From: the human T2T-CHM13v2.0 reference genome, Homo sapiens
Direction: 5' to 3' (one strand)
Length of the DNA: 64,000 nucleotides
Assembly: GCF_009914755.1 (NCBI RefSeq)
Contig: NC_060940.1
The notes under the pieces are model-generated. The model was given only the letters and a program-made list of their open reading frames with translations, did not search any database and was not told the origin of the DNA. Every line of letters starts with the position of its first letter. The stretch's first letter is position 1. Of the stretch, positions 1-12,221 are shown piece after piece. Both the position numbers and the translations under genes were made by a program.

Positions 1-540
1 GTCATTTGGTTTGTGTGGGAAGGAGTTTTGATTTACATTTCACTGCTGCCTAAAGACGTTGCGAACTTTCTTAAACATCGTTGGCTATCGGGATAGCCTT
101 TTTTTGTGAAGTGTCTGCTCGAGTTTCAGTCCACTTATCTAAGATCATCTCTGTCTTTTTTGTATTGATTTTAGAAGTATTGAAAAATACTTTCTGGATA
201 CCAGTCTTTTGTTGGAAGAAAAATAAAAGCATTGCAAATATATTCTTTTACTCTGGGGCTTACATTATTTCTTCTTTCTTCCCCCAACATTGGATCTGAA
301 AATCAAATATCTAGAAAGCTCGAAAGAATTCTACAGTGATGATCCATATACCTGCCACCTGGATTGTAGAATTAACATTGAATAGACCTTATCATGTCTC
401 TGTCCATCTTTCTATCTATCAGTTCATCTTATTTTTTGATGCATTTCAAAGTAAGTTGCAGACATTAATACACATTGCTCAAAATACTTCAACATGTACA
501 TCATTAACAGAGAGGTCAATATTTGTATATTGGTTCTTGA
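1..540 (-). mobile_element. Old LINE-1 (L1M-type) fragments, antisense
   Basis: AT-rich; resembles antisense L1 ORF2/3' sequence (tttacatttcactg...ttggctatc...tttgtgaagtgtctgctc; tttcaaagtaagttgcagacat). By-eye family call. Confidence 0.6.
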
Positions 541-847
541 TTTTTTAATTTTTTTTGTATTTTTAGTAGAGATGGGGTTTCATCATGTTGGCCAGGCTGG
601 TCTCAAACTCCTGACTGCAGATGCACCCACCTCGGCCTCCCAAAGTGCTGGGATTACAGGCATGAGAAACCACACCCGGCTGGGATTACAGGTGCACACC
701 ATCACGCCCAACTAATTTTGTATTTTTAGTAGAGATGAGGTTTCTCCACGTTGGCCAGGCTGGTCTCAAACTCCTGACCTCAGGTGATCCACCCACCTCG
801 GCCTCCCATAGTGCTGGGATTACAGGTGTGAGCCACCGTGCCTGGCC
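541..847 (-). mobile_element. Rearranged Alu: two left arms separated by a short piece of right arm
   Basis: tttttgtatttttagtagagatg...ggccaggctggtctcaaactcctgac...gctgggattacagg occurs twice (541-680 and ~716-847). Confidence 0.9.
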
Positions 848-969
848 TTGACTTTCTTTTCAAGTGAACTTTACATGCAACGAAATGTACAACTCGAGCG
901 CCATTCAGTGAGGTCCAATAAATACAACCTAAAACCTGCCAACGTGCAGAAGAACATCATCTCTCCAGT

Positions 970-1360
970 CAGCGCCCGCATGCTCCCCCAAAGGCAGTCC
1001 ACCCCCAGACAGCGCCCGCATGCTCCCTCAAAGGCAGTCCACCCCCAGACAGCGCCTGCATGCTCCCTCAAAGGCAGTCCACCCCCAGACAGCGCCCGCA
1101 TGCTCCCTCGAAGGCAGTCCACCCCCAGACAGCGCCCGCATGCTCCCTCGAAGGCAGTCCACCCCCAGACAGCGCCCGCGTGCTCCCTCAAAGGCAGTCC
1201 ACCCCCAGACAGCGCCCGCGTGCTCCCTCAATGGCAGTCCACCCCCAGACAGCGCCCGCATGCTCCCTCAAAGGCAGTCCACCCCCAGACAGCATGCTCC
1301 CTCAAAGGCAGTCCACCCCCAGACAGTGCCCGCGTGCTCTCTCAAAGGCAGTCCACCCCT
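970..1360. repeat. 40-bp minisatellite, ~10 copies (cagcgcccgcatgctccctcaaaggcagtccacccccaga)
   Basis: Units start at 970, 1010, 1050...1250; a 34-bp shortened copy at 1290 and a last copy at 1324. Confidence 0.97.
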
Positions 1361-1378
1361 GCCCGACACCCCCTGTTA

Positions 1379-1879
1379 CAGTGATTCCCAACCTTTTTAG
1401 CCTCAGGGACCGGTTTCATGGAAGATAATTTTTTCATGGACAAGGGGTGAGGAGGATGGTTTTGGGATGATTCAAGCACATTACTTTTATTGTGCACATT
1501 ATTTCTATTATTATTACATTGCAATATATAGTAAGTAATTATACAACTCACCATAATGTAGAATCAGTAGGAACCCTGAGCTTGTTTTCCTGCAGCTAGG
1601 TGGTCCTATCTAGTGGTTATGGGAGACAGTGACAGATCATCAGGCATTAGATTCTCATAAGGAGCACACAACCTAGATCCCTCACATGCGCAGTTCACAA
1701 TAGGGCTCACCCTCCTGTGAGAATCTAATGCCACTGATCTGACAGGAAGTGGAGCTCAGGTGGTAATGTGAGCCATGGGGAGTGGACGTAAATACAGATG
1801 AAGCTTCCCTGGCTTACCTACTACTCATCTCCTGCTGTGTGGCCCAGTTCCTAATAGGCTTGGGGGTTGGGGACCCCTG
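1379..1879 (-). mobile_element. MER1A-type hAT-Charlie DNA transposon, near full length
   Basis: Imperfect TIRs cagtgattcccaacc / ggttggggacccctg; internal ggcattagattctcataaggagc...gagaatctaatgcc typical of MER1. Confidence 0.85.
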
Positions 1880-1984
1880 CCCTAGAGGAAGCACACACTG
1901 TATGATTCTATTTTTATATAGGAAAATCTAGAGCAGGTAAAACTAACCTATGATGGAAAAATGAAAACACCAAATCAGAGAAAC

Positions 1985-2800
1985 TTCGCATTTCCCAGAA
2001 GACTGATGATGTTGACACCTTTCCATGTGCTTATTGCCCATTTGGATATCTTCCTTTGTGAAGGTCTCTTTAAATTATTTGCCCACTTAAGGCATTTTCT
2101 GTTCTAATTCTTTATATGCCCTGGATACAAGTGCTTTGTCAGATACATGTTTTGAAAATGCTTTCTCCCAGTCTGTGTCTTGTCTATTCATTTTCTTAAT
2201 GGTGACTTTTCATGAGCACTGGTTTCTTTTTTTTTTCGTTGAAATCTAACTTATGAATATTTTTCTCATATGTTCTTGCTTTTCATGTCCTAAGATACTT
2301 TCTCCAATCCCTAAGCTGTGAAGATATTCATCTAAATTTCTTTCTTTTAAGCATGATCGGTTTAGCCTTTAGGTCTGTGGTTCATCGTGACTGAGTCTGG
2401 GGTGTACAGATACCCAGTTGTGCCTGTGTCATTGGTTGGAAGATTCACCATTGGATTGCATTGACACTTCTGTTGAAAAACAAATCGTCATGTAAGTGTG
2501 TGTCTGTTCCTGAATTGTCAGTTCTGCTCATTGATCCGTTTATTGACTGCTGTTGCAGTCCCTGCTGTCTGGCTTCTGTAGCTTTAGATTGATTCTTAAA
2601 TTCAGCTACTATCGATTCTTCAACTTTGTTCTTTTCAATGTTGCTTTGGATATTCTTGGTCCTTTACATTTCCCTATCATTTTAGAATCAGTTTGTCAAT
2701 TTCTATGGAAAAATTCTGGTAAGATTATCATTGGAATTGTATACCAATTCCAATGGTATACAATTGTAAGATCAGTTTATGGCTCCTGGTTTTTGCATAG
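1985..2800 (-). mobile_element. Old L1 ORF2-region fragment
   Basis: gactgatgatgttgacacctttccatgtgcttattgcccatttggatatcttcctttgtgaagg and tttagaatcagtttgtcaatttct resemble antisense L1M. Confidence 0.75.
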
Positions 2801-2889
2801 AATGTCAAAATGTGGAAAGAGCTTTGCTCCCATCCTCATGCTGTTCACCCATGTAGTTACCATTTCTGATGTTCTCCATTTCCTCCAGA

Positions 2890-3850
2890 AGACCTGAATT
2901 TCTATCTGAATTCCTACCTCTTCAGCCTTGAGAAGTTTGTTTAGTATTTTCTTAAAACCTAGGTCAGCTGCCGATGAAATTCTCTAGTTTGCTTTTATCC
3001 AAAAATATCATTTCACCTTCATTCTTGAAGGGTGTTTTTCCTGGATATAAAATTCTGGGTTGACATTTTTTTTCTTTCATCGCTTTAAAGATGTTGTTCT
3101 ACTGTCTTCTGACTTCTGGTGTTTTTAATGAGGATTTCGTGGTAATTTGGATCATTATTCCCCTAGATTTTTGGTGCCATTTATCTTTGGTTTTCAGAAG
3201 TTTGACTATGATATGCCTGAATATAGCTTCTTTATATTCTTCTTGCTTCTTGTTGACTTTCTTATAGCTATAAATTTATCTTTCACCAAATTGGAGAAAA
3301 ACCTAACTGCTGTTTGTCCAAATAATTTTTGACCCATTGTCACCCTCCTTTGTTTCTGAGGCTCCAATTACACACATAGCAGACCTTTTGATATTGTCCT
3401 GTAGGTCTCTGAGGCTCTGTTAATTTTGACTTCCATCTTTATCTAGGGTTAAACCACGTCCATTAATCTATGTTCAAACTTATGAATTTTTTTCTTTGTC
3501 ATCTCCATTCTACTGTAGAGCCCATCCAGGAAATTTCTCATTTCAGATATTGTATATTTTACTTTTAGATTTTTACTTGTTTCCTTTTTATAGTTTCTAT
3601 TTTTCTGTTGAGGCTTTCTGTCTTTTTTATTTGTGACAAGCATAATTTCCTTTACAACCTTGAGCCTAGTAAAAGAACTACTTTTAAAATCTTTGTTGAT
3701 TCTAGCCCCCAGGTCATATCAGACTTGGTCTCTGTTGATTGTCTTTGCACTTGAGAAAGTGTCACATTCTTCTGGGTTTTTGTTGCTGTTGTTGTTGTTG
3801 TTTTTACATGTCAGGTAATTTCAGATTTTATTCTGGACATTGTGAGTGAC
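2890..3850 (-). mobile_element. Old L1 5'/ORF1 fragment with degenerate ORF1p coiled-coil
   Basis: Minus-strand frame 3449-3643 (KNLKVKYTISEMRNFLDGLYSRMEMTKKKIHKFE) resembles L1 ORF1p (ELKNTITEMKNSLDGLNSRLD...); interrupted. Confidence 0.75.
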
Positions 3851-4489
3851 ATATTTTAGAACCTTTAGATTCTGCTGTGTGCCTCCAAAGAGTGATGCCT
3901 CCAGACAGCAAGCATTTAAGTTGGATAAACTCAAAGTGAAAGAAAACTCTGTCTCCTCTGTTGTGGATGACAGCTCAAATCTTGATTCCAATTATTTAGC
4001 CCCAGCCAGACTGCCTGGGGTCTACCCCATGCATGTGTGGCTTGGGGGAGTCAGCCAGATGTCCTGGCAAAGTTTAAATACAAGATTTTTCCCATGTTGG
4101 TCTCTCCTATTTAAGATCTCCTCTCCTCAGTTTTCAGTGTCTGTAGCTGCCCTAAACTCTGTCTTCTGGTTTTTCCACCCAGCAAGACCACAGGTTTTGC
4201 ATCAGAGTTTTAGCTGTCCCACGTGGCAGACATTAGAGTCATCTCTCAGACCAAAAGCTGTAAAACCCAGAAAACACCACAAATACTCATCCTTTTTTCC
4301 ATGTGCAGATGCCCCTCCAACATCAGCCTGCCTTTATTCCCTCTCCAGCACCTCTGAGTCGTTGTTTTCTGGTATTTTGTCTGCAGTTGATAGTTATTAC
4401 CTGCATGCAGGCTGGTCTGGAAGGGGCTAGTTGGCCATTAGCAGGAACAGAACTTGTGGTTTGCATCTCACTCTCTAATGGTGTCTACT

Positions 4490-5620
4490 GGTGAACCGAT
4501 GATTTTAATTTTAGTGCACTTTTATTTATCAGTCTTTTCCTTTATAACTAGTGTCTTGTGCCATGTTTAAGAAATCACTGCCTATTCCAAGACCACAGAT
4601 ATATTTTTTGTGTTACCTTCTGGATGCTTTGTTATTTTACCTTTCACACTTAGAGCTAAGATTCCGAAATTGAGTTTTGAGTATGATGTTAAGCAGGGTT
4701 CAACATTCAGTACTCAGTTGATCCAGCAGCGTTTACTGAAAATACTATCATTTCCCCTGCAATAATTCATTGGCACCTTTGTCATCAACCAGGTGACTGC
4801 ATATGTACAGATTTATTTCTGAACTCCAAATCTTGTTACTTTGGTCTATCTATTCCTGTGCCAATATCACTGTTTTCATTACTTTAACCTCACAGGAAGT
4901 CACAATATCTTGTGGTGGAAGCCTTCCAGCATGTTCTTCCTTTATTTTGTCTGGCTATTATTGTTCCTTGCTTTTCCACACAAATTCTAGAATCAGCTTG
5001 TTAGCTTGTTGATTTCCAAAAAAAAAAAAAAAAAAAAAAAAAAGCTGCTGGGATTTAGACTGAAATTGTGTTTAATCCAGAGATCAATCTGAGAAGAATC
5101 AACGTCTTTCCATTAGAGTCTTCCAGTCCATGAATATGGCCCCACACTTATTTAGGTCTTAATTTCACTTAGTGATGTCGTGCCATTTTCTACATAAAAG
5201 TCTTGTATAGACTGGGCGCAGTGAGTCACGCCAGTAATCCCAGCACTTTGGGAGGCCAAAGCAGGCGGATCACTTGAGGTCAGGAGTTCAAGACCAGCCT
5301 GGCCAATGTGGTGAAACCCCATCTCTACTAAAAATACAAAAATAAACTGGGTGTGGTGGCAGGAGCCTGTAATCCCATCTACTTGAGAGGCTGAGACAGG
5401 AGAATCCGTTGAACCCAAGGGGCGGGGGTTACAGCAAGCCAAGATCACGCCACTGCACTCCAGCCTGGGCAACAGAGTGAGACTCCATCTCAAAAATAAA
5501 TAAATAAATGAGTGAATAAAAAGGCTTGCACATGTTTCATGAGTTTATTCCTGGATATTTGATGTTTTACGATGTTATTTCAAATGGTATCAATTTTCAA
5601 ATTTGATTTTCCGATTGCAT
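4490..5620 (-). mobile_element. Old L1 ORF2 fragment, interrupted by a poly(A) run (~5017-5043) and an Alu
   Basis: Antisense L1-like motifs (cagttgatccagcagcgtttactgaa; ttctagaatcagcttg; agtcttccagtccatgaatatgg). Confidence 0.7.
5210..5520 (+). mobile_element. AluS element
   Basis: Full dimer with (TAAA)n tail; imperfect TSD aaaagtcttgtata / aaaaggcttgcaca. Confidence 0.95.
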
Positions 5621-5859
5621 GTGGGGAAAATGAAATAGCATTATTTTGGGATCCATGAGTCGAGTCTCAGCCCAGCTAATCATTAGCTGAGTAATCTCGA
5701 GCAGACCTCCAGGCATCAATTTTCCTGTCTGCAGGATGGAAGCTAGGCCTGTGTGCCAGATATTAGTTGTGTTCAACTCCCAACATCCAGCCTTTTCTGG
5801 TTTATGTTGCTCTACTTGTCTTCTGGGGATTGGCCTGGTGTTGGCTCCACCCATGGCTC

Positions 5860-6210
5860 CTGGGTGGCCCACAGCTAAGCCCATCCAATCAGAGCTCTAC
5901 ATTCCTGGCTGCTGGGATGGACATGGGACCCACTGGAGCCAGTGGTCAGTCATGTCTTCTGGGACTGTCAGAAGGGGCCAAGCACCCATCTGCTGCTGGA
6001 CCAGGAGGTGGCGGGCATGAGGCTAGCATGGGGGAGCTGTCTTCCTGCTGCCAGGGGCAGGGCTCTGCTGGGAAAGAACCCTGGAGCCGGCCAGCAGAAG
6101 CCCTCGGCTGTGCCTGGGCTTTCCAGTTATGTGAGCCAAGCACTGCCTTTTCTCAGCTGGTCCATTTGGGCTGGGTTTTCTGCCACTTGCTGCCAGAGGG
6201 TCCTGACCAG
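5860..6210 (+). mobile_element. MLT1 (ERVL-MaLR) solo LTR fragment
   Basis: ttccagttatgtgagccaa...tgggttttctgccacttgc resembles an MLT1 3' end. Confidence 0.6.
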
Positions 6211-6600
6211 GAGCGGGTCCACTCCATGGTGCTGGTATGGCTTCAGGGCTGAGTGTGGTTGCAGGTGTCCTCACCAGCCTTGGAGTCCTTTGCAATTACA
6301 TCTGTGGTCGGGGTAAGTGAGGGAGTCCAAGGGTTCCATTTACCTTATCATGGCAGAGGCAATGCCGCCACACAAGCTACCAGGCTGAGACTGCCAAACC
6401 CTTCCCAGATTGAGTTCTGCCTCCTCACTAAAGCCTCCTCTACCTCTTCCAACCAGCCATACACACATGGTGACAGTGCCCCCTGCAGAAATCTGCAACA
6501 TTCTGGTGTTCCCCCACAGTCTACTATGTGTTACAATTAAGATAATGTAGACAATAAGTTTACAAGCCCTGGTATAAAGTAAATGCTGATAAATGTGAGG

Positions 6601-7487
6601 CCACCATCATCACCATCATCATCACCATCATCACCATCATCATCACCATCATCACCATCATCATCACCATCATCACCATCATCATCACCATCATCACCAT
6701 GATCATCATCACTATAACCATTTTCATCATCATCATCATCATCACCACCATCATAATCGTCACCACAACCACCATCACCACCACTATTATCATCACCATC
6801 ATTACCTTCACCACCACCACCATCATCACCATCATCACTATCACCGTCATTATCATTACTGTCACCACCACCATCATCATCACCACCATCACCATCAGCC
6901 CCATCATCACCTTCACCACCATCATCACCTTCACCAACACCACCATCATCACTATTGTCACCACAACCACCATCATCACCACTATCATCATCACCATCAT
7001 CACCATCATCATCATCACCACCACCATCACCATCACTATCATCATTATCACCATCATCATCATCACCACCACCACCATCACCATCATTATCGTCACTATC
7101 ACCATCACCATCATCATCATCACCATCACCATCATCATCACCATCATCACATCACCATCATTATCATCATCACTATCACCATCATCACCGCCATCGCCAC
7201 CGTCACCATCATCACCAATACCATTACTGTCATCACCACCACCATCGCCATAACCATCATCATTACCATCACTACCACACCATCAACACCATCACCACCA
7301 CCATCATCACCGTCATCATCACCAAGACCATCATCATCATCAAGACCATCATCATTATGAGCAATAACAGTGCTAACATGATCTCTGTCATTACCACCAT
7401 CACTGACACCTCCATCCTCATTACTAGCATCTTCACCACCACCACCAACATCATCACCATTGTCTTCATCACCATCATCATCTTCAC
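6601..7487. repeat. (CAT/CAC)n degenerate trinucleotide array, ~0.9 kb
   Basis: Directly visible; follows a MIR-like 3' end (6530-6600). Confidence 0.98.
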
Positions 7488-7870
7488 TTGAGGGCAAGAT
7501 CCATGTCTTCCCCCTTTTTGCATCCCCTCAGTGCCTGTCACAGACTCTGATTCCTCTGGGTACTCAGCAAATGTTTGCTAAGTAAATGAAAGAAAATAGC
7601 CTATTGAGCTCCAACTGTATACCAAGTTCTTAGTTTTAACAATAGCAACAGCATATATTGAGTTAGATGTTGGTCCCCATGCTCTCATCTCAATGGTCAT
7701 AGGCAAGACTCAATCCTTCAAGGCAAGTATTCCAAGCCCACTTTACAGATGAGGAAATTAAGGAACAAGAGGGGTTAAGCTCAAAGTCCCACAACTCGTG
7801 AGTGACGGAGCTGTGATTAGCATGTGATGTGACTGGCTCCAAAGCCTTCCTTCCCCTGCCCCAGGATAGC
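7488..7870. mobile_element. L2 3' end (+, 7488-7590) followed by a MIR (-, ~7640-7870)
   Basis: gagggcaagatccatgtc...cagcaaatgtttgctaagtaaatgaa; ctttacagatgaggaaattaagg. Confidence 0.65.
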
Positions 7871-8929
7871 TGATGAAGGTCATCCTTCGCCACCTTTTCC
7901 CAGGGCATGGGGCACCAGAACATTTGCCATGATAGCAGACACAGAGACAGCTTTGAGGGCTTTGGAAGGACGTGCACGTCCCAGCGCCTGTGATGAACTG
8001 AAGCAGGAATTTAGAAATCAAAGCAAAGCGACCATGACCACAAAAAGGTGTTTGTGTGAGTGTTCTGTGTGCTGGAGCCAAGCCCAAGCATGCAGTGACC
8101 TCCATTATGCACCAGGCCCCGCATCCTTGGGCACCATCCTGAGCCTCACTGGCAGCTGCTCATCGGCTGGTCACTGGCTCCGGTCCCTGGGGTCCCGGGC
8201 TCATGGCCCCATCTGGAATTCCGAACAATTCCACGAAGAGACCAGCTTTCCAAGAGACATATTTATCAAAAAACAAAAACATCCCTCTCCAAAGCAGCCC
8301 CCACACTGCTGAACCAGTGAACCTGGGCCAGCATCAGCATCAGCGCCAGCTCTACGGCAAACACAGAGACCCGCATTCTTATCCTAATGCCCGCAGACGA
8401 AAGCACGCCCGATCTCAACTCCACTCCAGATGAGTGTCCTCCCTGCACAGGATGAGAGAGGAAATCCAATATTATTTTAGGACTTGCCTTCGCATAATAG
8501 CAGCGAGGGCAGAGAACAATCCCGCGCTTATATCAAACATAAACAAGCCTGCTCCCTCAGCTGACACTGGGCCTCACTGCTGCCCAGGGGCAAGCTTGGC
8601 ATCAGATGCTGTGTCCTTCTGGACAGTGACCGGGTCTCTGGGTTGGAGTCCGGAGCCAGTCACAGCCTCCACAGAACCCACGGGCAGATACTGAGGAGGG
8701 CGTAAGAGCTACACATGTAGGACAGGGTACAGGTGACCTGGGCCTGGACGCCATCCCTGAGCCGGCAGCAGAGAACTCAGCTCTGATGGAGGCCGAGCTC
8801 CTTGCAGGGGCTCTGCGAGGTGGGGGTTCTGCGAGGTGGGGGGCTCCATCCTTTCTCTTCAGGGCTTCCTGAAACCATCTAGCTTCTTGGTCTCTGAGAG
8901 CAGAGCTTGGTCATTGGCTGGGAGCAGCC

Positions 8930-9181
8930 TCTGGGGAGAGTGCAACCTTGGAGAGAAGGTGGTCTGGAGAGAGTGGCCTGGGAGAGCATAGCCCTGGGAG
9001 AGTTTGTGGTCTGGAGAAAGAGTCGCCTGGGAGAATGTGGCCTGAGAGGGTGTGGCTGGGAGGACATAGCCTGGAGAGAGAGTGGCCTGGGAGACCATGG
9101 CCCTGGGAGAGAGATTGGCCCAGAAGAACGTGGTCTGGGAGACTGTGGCCTGGGAAAGTGTGGCCTGGGAGAGTGTGGCCT
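8930..9181. repeat. Degenerate ~15-17-bp tandem repeat (gcctgggagagtgtg-like)
   Basis: Recurring ggcctgggaga / tggtctggaga. Confidence 0.8.
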
Positions 9182-9236
9182 CAGCAGTGCCACCAGCTCA
9201 CTGAGCTCCTTGATCTCCTTCTCAAAGGCCTGGGCA

Positions 9237-9545
<309 letters not shown>

Positions 9546-9725
9546 TTATGTACCAGGCCCTGCATCCTTGGGCGCCATCCTGAGATGGTGGCCCTGCAGG
9601 CTTTCCAGAAAGTTCTGAGCCATGGATTCCCCTCGCCATTCCCCCACCCCACGCTGGGGAATAAACCCCTCCCTCCCAGGTAGGCAGGACGCCCAGCACA
9701 TGCATCACTGCCCTTGGGACGCCAC

Positions 9726-9754
9726 ATGCAAATAAATGCAAATGACATGCAAAT
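9726..9754 (+). promoter_or_regulatory. Three POU octamer motifs ATGCAAAT
   Basis: Perfect ATGCAAAT at 9726, 9736 and 9747; function untested. Confidence 0.5.
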
Positions 9755-11059
9755 CCACCTGTTGGGACTAAAGCCCCATTGCTTCTTCCCAGGGCTCCTT
9801 GGCATTGCCTGACTCACAGGATGGAGGCAGCCCAGTAGGCTGGGGTCTGTGTGGCCTTCTCTCCCCACTTCTCCATTGCAGGGGGCACCCAAGCCACATG
9901 AGGAGAATATGGGAATTGAAGTCGGACACAGCAGGGCATCATGTCAGCCCATTGCCCATTGCTATGTGACCCTGCGCAAGTCACTTCACCTCTCTGAGCC
10001 CAGCTCCCTCAACTTCAGGCAGGATGCTAATGTCATGAGTCAGGTTCACAAAGTAGCCCCTGGCTGTGACGACATTCTCATGATGACTGTGAGGGGCGAC
10101 ACTGTCCCCACTGCCCTGTTTCTCAGATGACAGAGCAGGCTCTTGCAGAGCTAGATGGAGAGGAGCAGGAATAACGAGGGGCCACGGTGAGGTGGGGCCT
10201 GCCCTGTGCTGTTCATGCCACAGAGGCCACCCCCGCGACCCCCAGCCCCAGCTTCCGGGGACAGTGACACAGTCTCAACAATCCGTCCCCACCGCGCCCT
10301 CAGAAACCACAGTGTCCGCTCCTTCCCTCCTGGGGACCCACCTCCCTGAGCACAGCTTTGACCACTTGGGCTGAGGCCACTGCTTTTAATTGCATTGTTT
10401 TCCTGTTTCAAAAATAATACCTGTTCTTTACACAAAGTTTGGACACTCCAGCAAAACCCAAACAGGGAAATTTCAAAGTTGCCCTTGATCCTGTGGCCGG
10501 GATGTCGACGCAGCCTTTCTGACCGCTGTCTGTCTTCCCACTGTTCCCAGGAGCATCAGCTTCTTTTTGTTGCCTTTTAACAAAATGAGTGCAGACGTCT
10601 CTTATAACCAGCTTTTTACACGCACCTATTCGGCACAATTTCCAGCATCAATAAGAACAAGCCTTTTCAGCATCTTCTGGTGAGAGCATATGTATTTAAA
10701 CTATTTGCCTGTTGTGGGCATTTGTGCAGATTGTTGCCGACTCTGATACCATGAAGAGCGTGGGGCGGGCTCCACCTCATGGTGGGCCCCTCGTTATTCC
10801 TCAGGGGAAAGCCATGACACAGAGTTGCCAGAACAGACAAAGGTTCCAGAATTCAGTAGCATGTGCGTGCTCACTGTCCCCCCAGTCACTAGCCCTGGGA
10901 TCCACGTGCCCTGAACCTTGGACGATCGGCTAAGGAATAATATCTTGTCGTGTCACCCACGTCTGGGTTCCTCTCGGGGTTAGACGTTCCGTGTGACTGG
11001 GCTGCTGCGTGCCTCACGTGTGTCACATGTTTGTGTCCAGGGCCCACTCCTGAGTCCTG

Positions 11060-11600
11060 AAGCGTGTGAGTCTCCTGGGGCTGCTGTCACAAATGACCGC
11101 AAACTGGGCAAGTGAACACAGCAGCAATCTATCCCCTCAGCTTGGAGACCAGAAGTCTGAGGCCGAGCTGTGGGAAGGGTGGGTGACCCTGTGGCTCCTG
11201 CCTTCAAGATTGGAGTCTCTCTCCATCCCTTGAAGTTGGCTTTGGCGATGGGGCAGTAGCAAGTGCGATGCAAGTAGAAAAAGCTTGGAAAGTTTTGCTC
11301 ATGGGGGTTACGCTCTTGCTGAGCTTGGGAACCCTGCAATCCCTGCCATGTGAGTGAGCCAGGCTACCTGCTGGAGGATGGGAGGCACGCGGCCCAGTCA
11401 TTCCTGTCGTCCAGCTCACAGCAAGTCAACCATTAGACCATCCAGCCCCAGCCAAGTGGCTGGCTGAATGCAGATATCAGCCAAGCTGGCCTAGGCCAGA
11501 AAATGGCCCACATGCTCCTCTGAATCATGAGAAATAATCTAGTTACTGTTTAAGCTGTTAACTTTGGGACTGGCTGTTACACAGCAAAGCCTCACTGATA
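11060..11600. mobile_element. Two MLT1 LTR fragments (- at ~11060-11190; + at ~11320-11600)
   Basis: ggggctgctgtcacaaatgaccgcaaactggg...ccagaagtctga; gaatcatgagaaataa...tttgggactggctgttacacagcaa. Confidence 0.7.
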
Positions 11601-11779
11601 GAGCATCCCACAGACATGGCAGCCTCCTCAGTCTGAGAAACCAGCCTGATCTCTTCTGAGACAGGAAGAGGAGTTAGTCAATACTAAGCACACACAATGC
11701 TCCGATAGATAAACAATTAGGAGAATCCAGGATGGGAGATGCTAATTTATCCTAAAACCCATGCACAGCCATATACATG

Positions 11780-12020
11780 AGCAATCAAGTTCTCACATTT
11801 ACATAGGACGTGACAATTGACAAAGGGTGTGGCATATGTCCCCAGTTCAGTCCTCATAGTAACGGCCTGATAACAGGCCAGGCAGATCTGATCATCCCCA
11901 TGTGACAGATGGGAAAACCAAAGCTCAGGGAAGTGAAGGGGTTTGCCCAAAGCTGCCAGTCATGCTTTGTAGAGGCAGAGCTCCACCCCGGTTCTAGATC
12001 TTAGCCAGAAAGTCATGCTA
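11780..12020 (-). mobile_element. MIR
   Basis: ccccatgtgacagatgggaaaaccaaagctcagggaagtgaaggggtttgcccaaag. Confidence 0.65.
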
Positions 12021-12221
12021 TGGACAAAATGCATTCACACTCATGCTTACAGTAGGCTTGGTTTTGAGAATTTAGCATTCCTTGTTCCATCTCTTCCTCA
12101 GTGATGTAACCATTGAGCAAACCTAGCCAGCCACCAACATCACAGCTTGGTTGCTTGTTCTCAGTGACATCAACACATTTGCTATGCTTAATTTGGTGTT
12201 TTCAGTATACTATTCTGTGAG

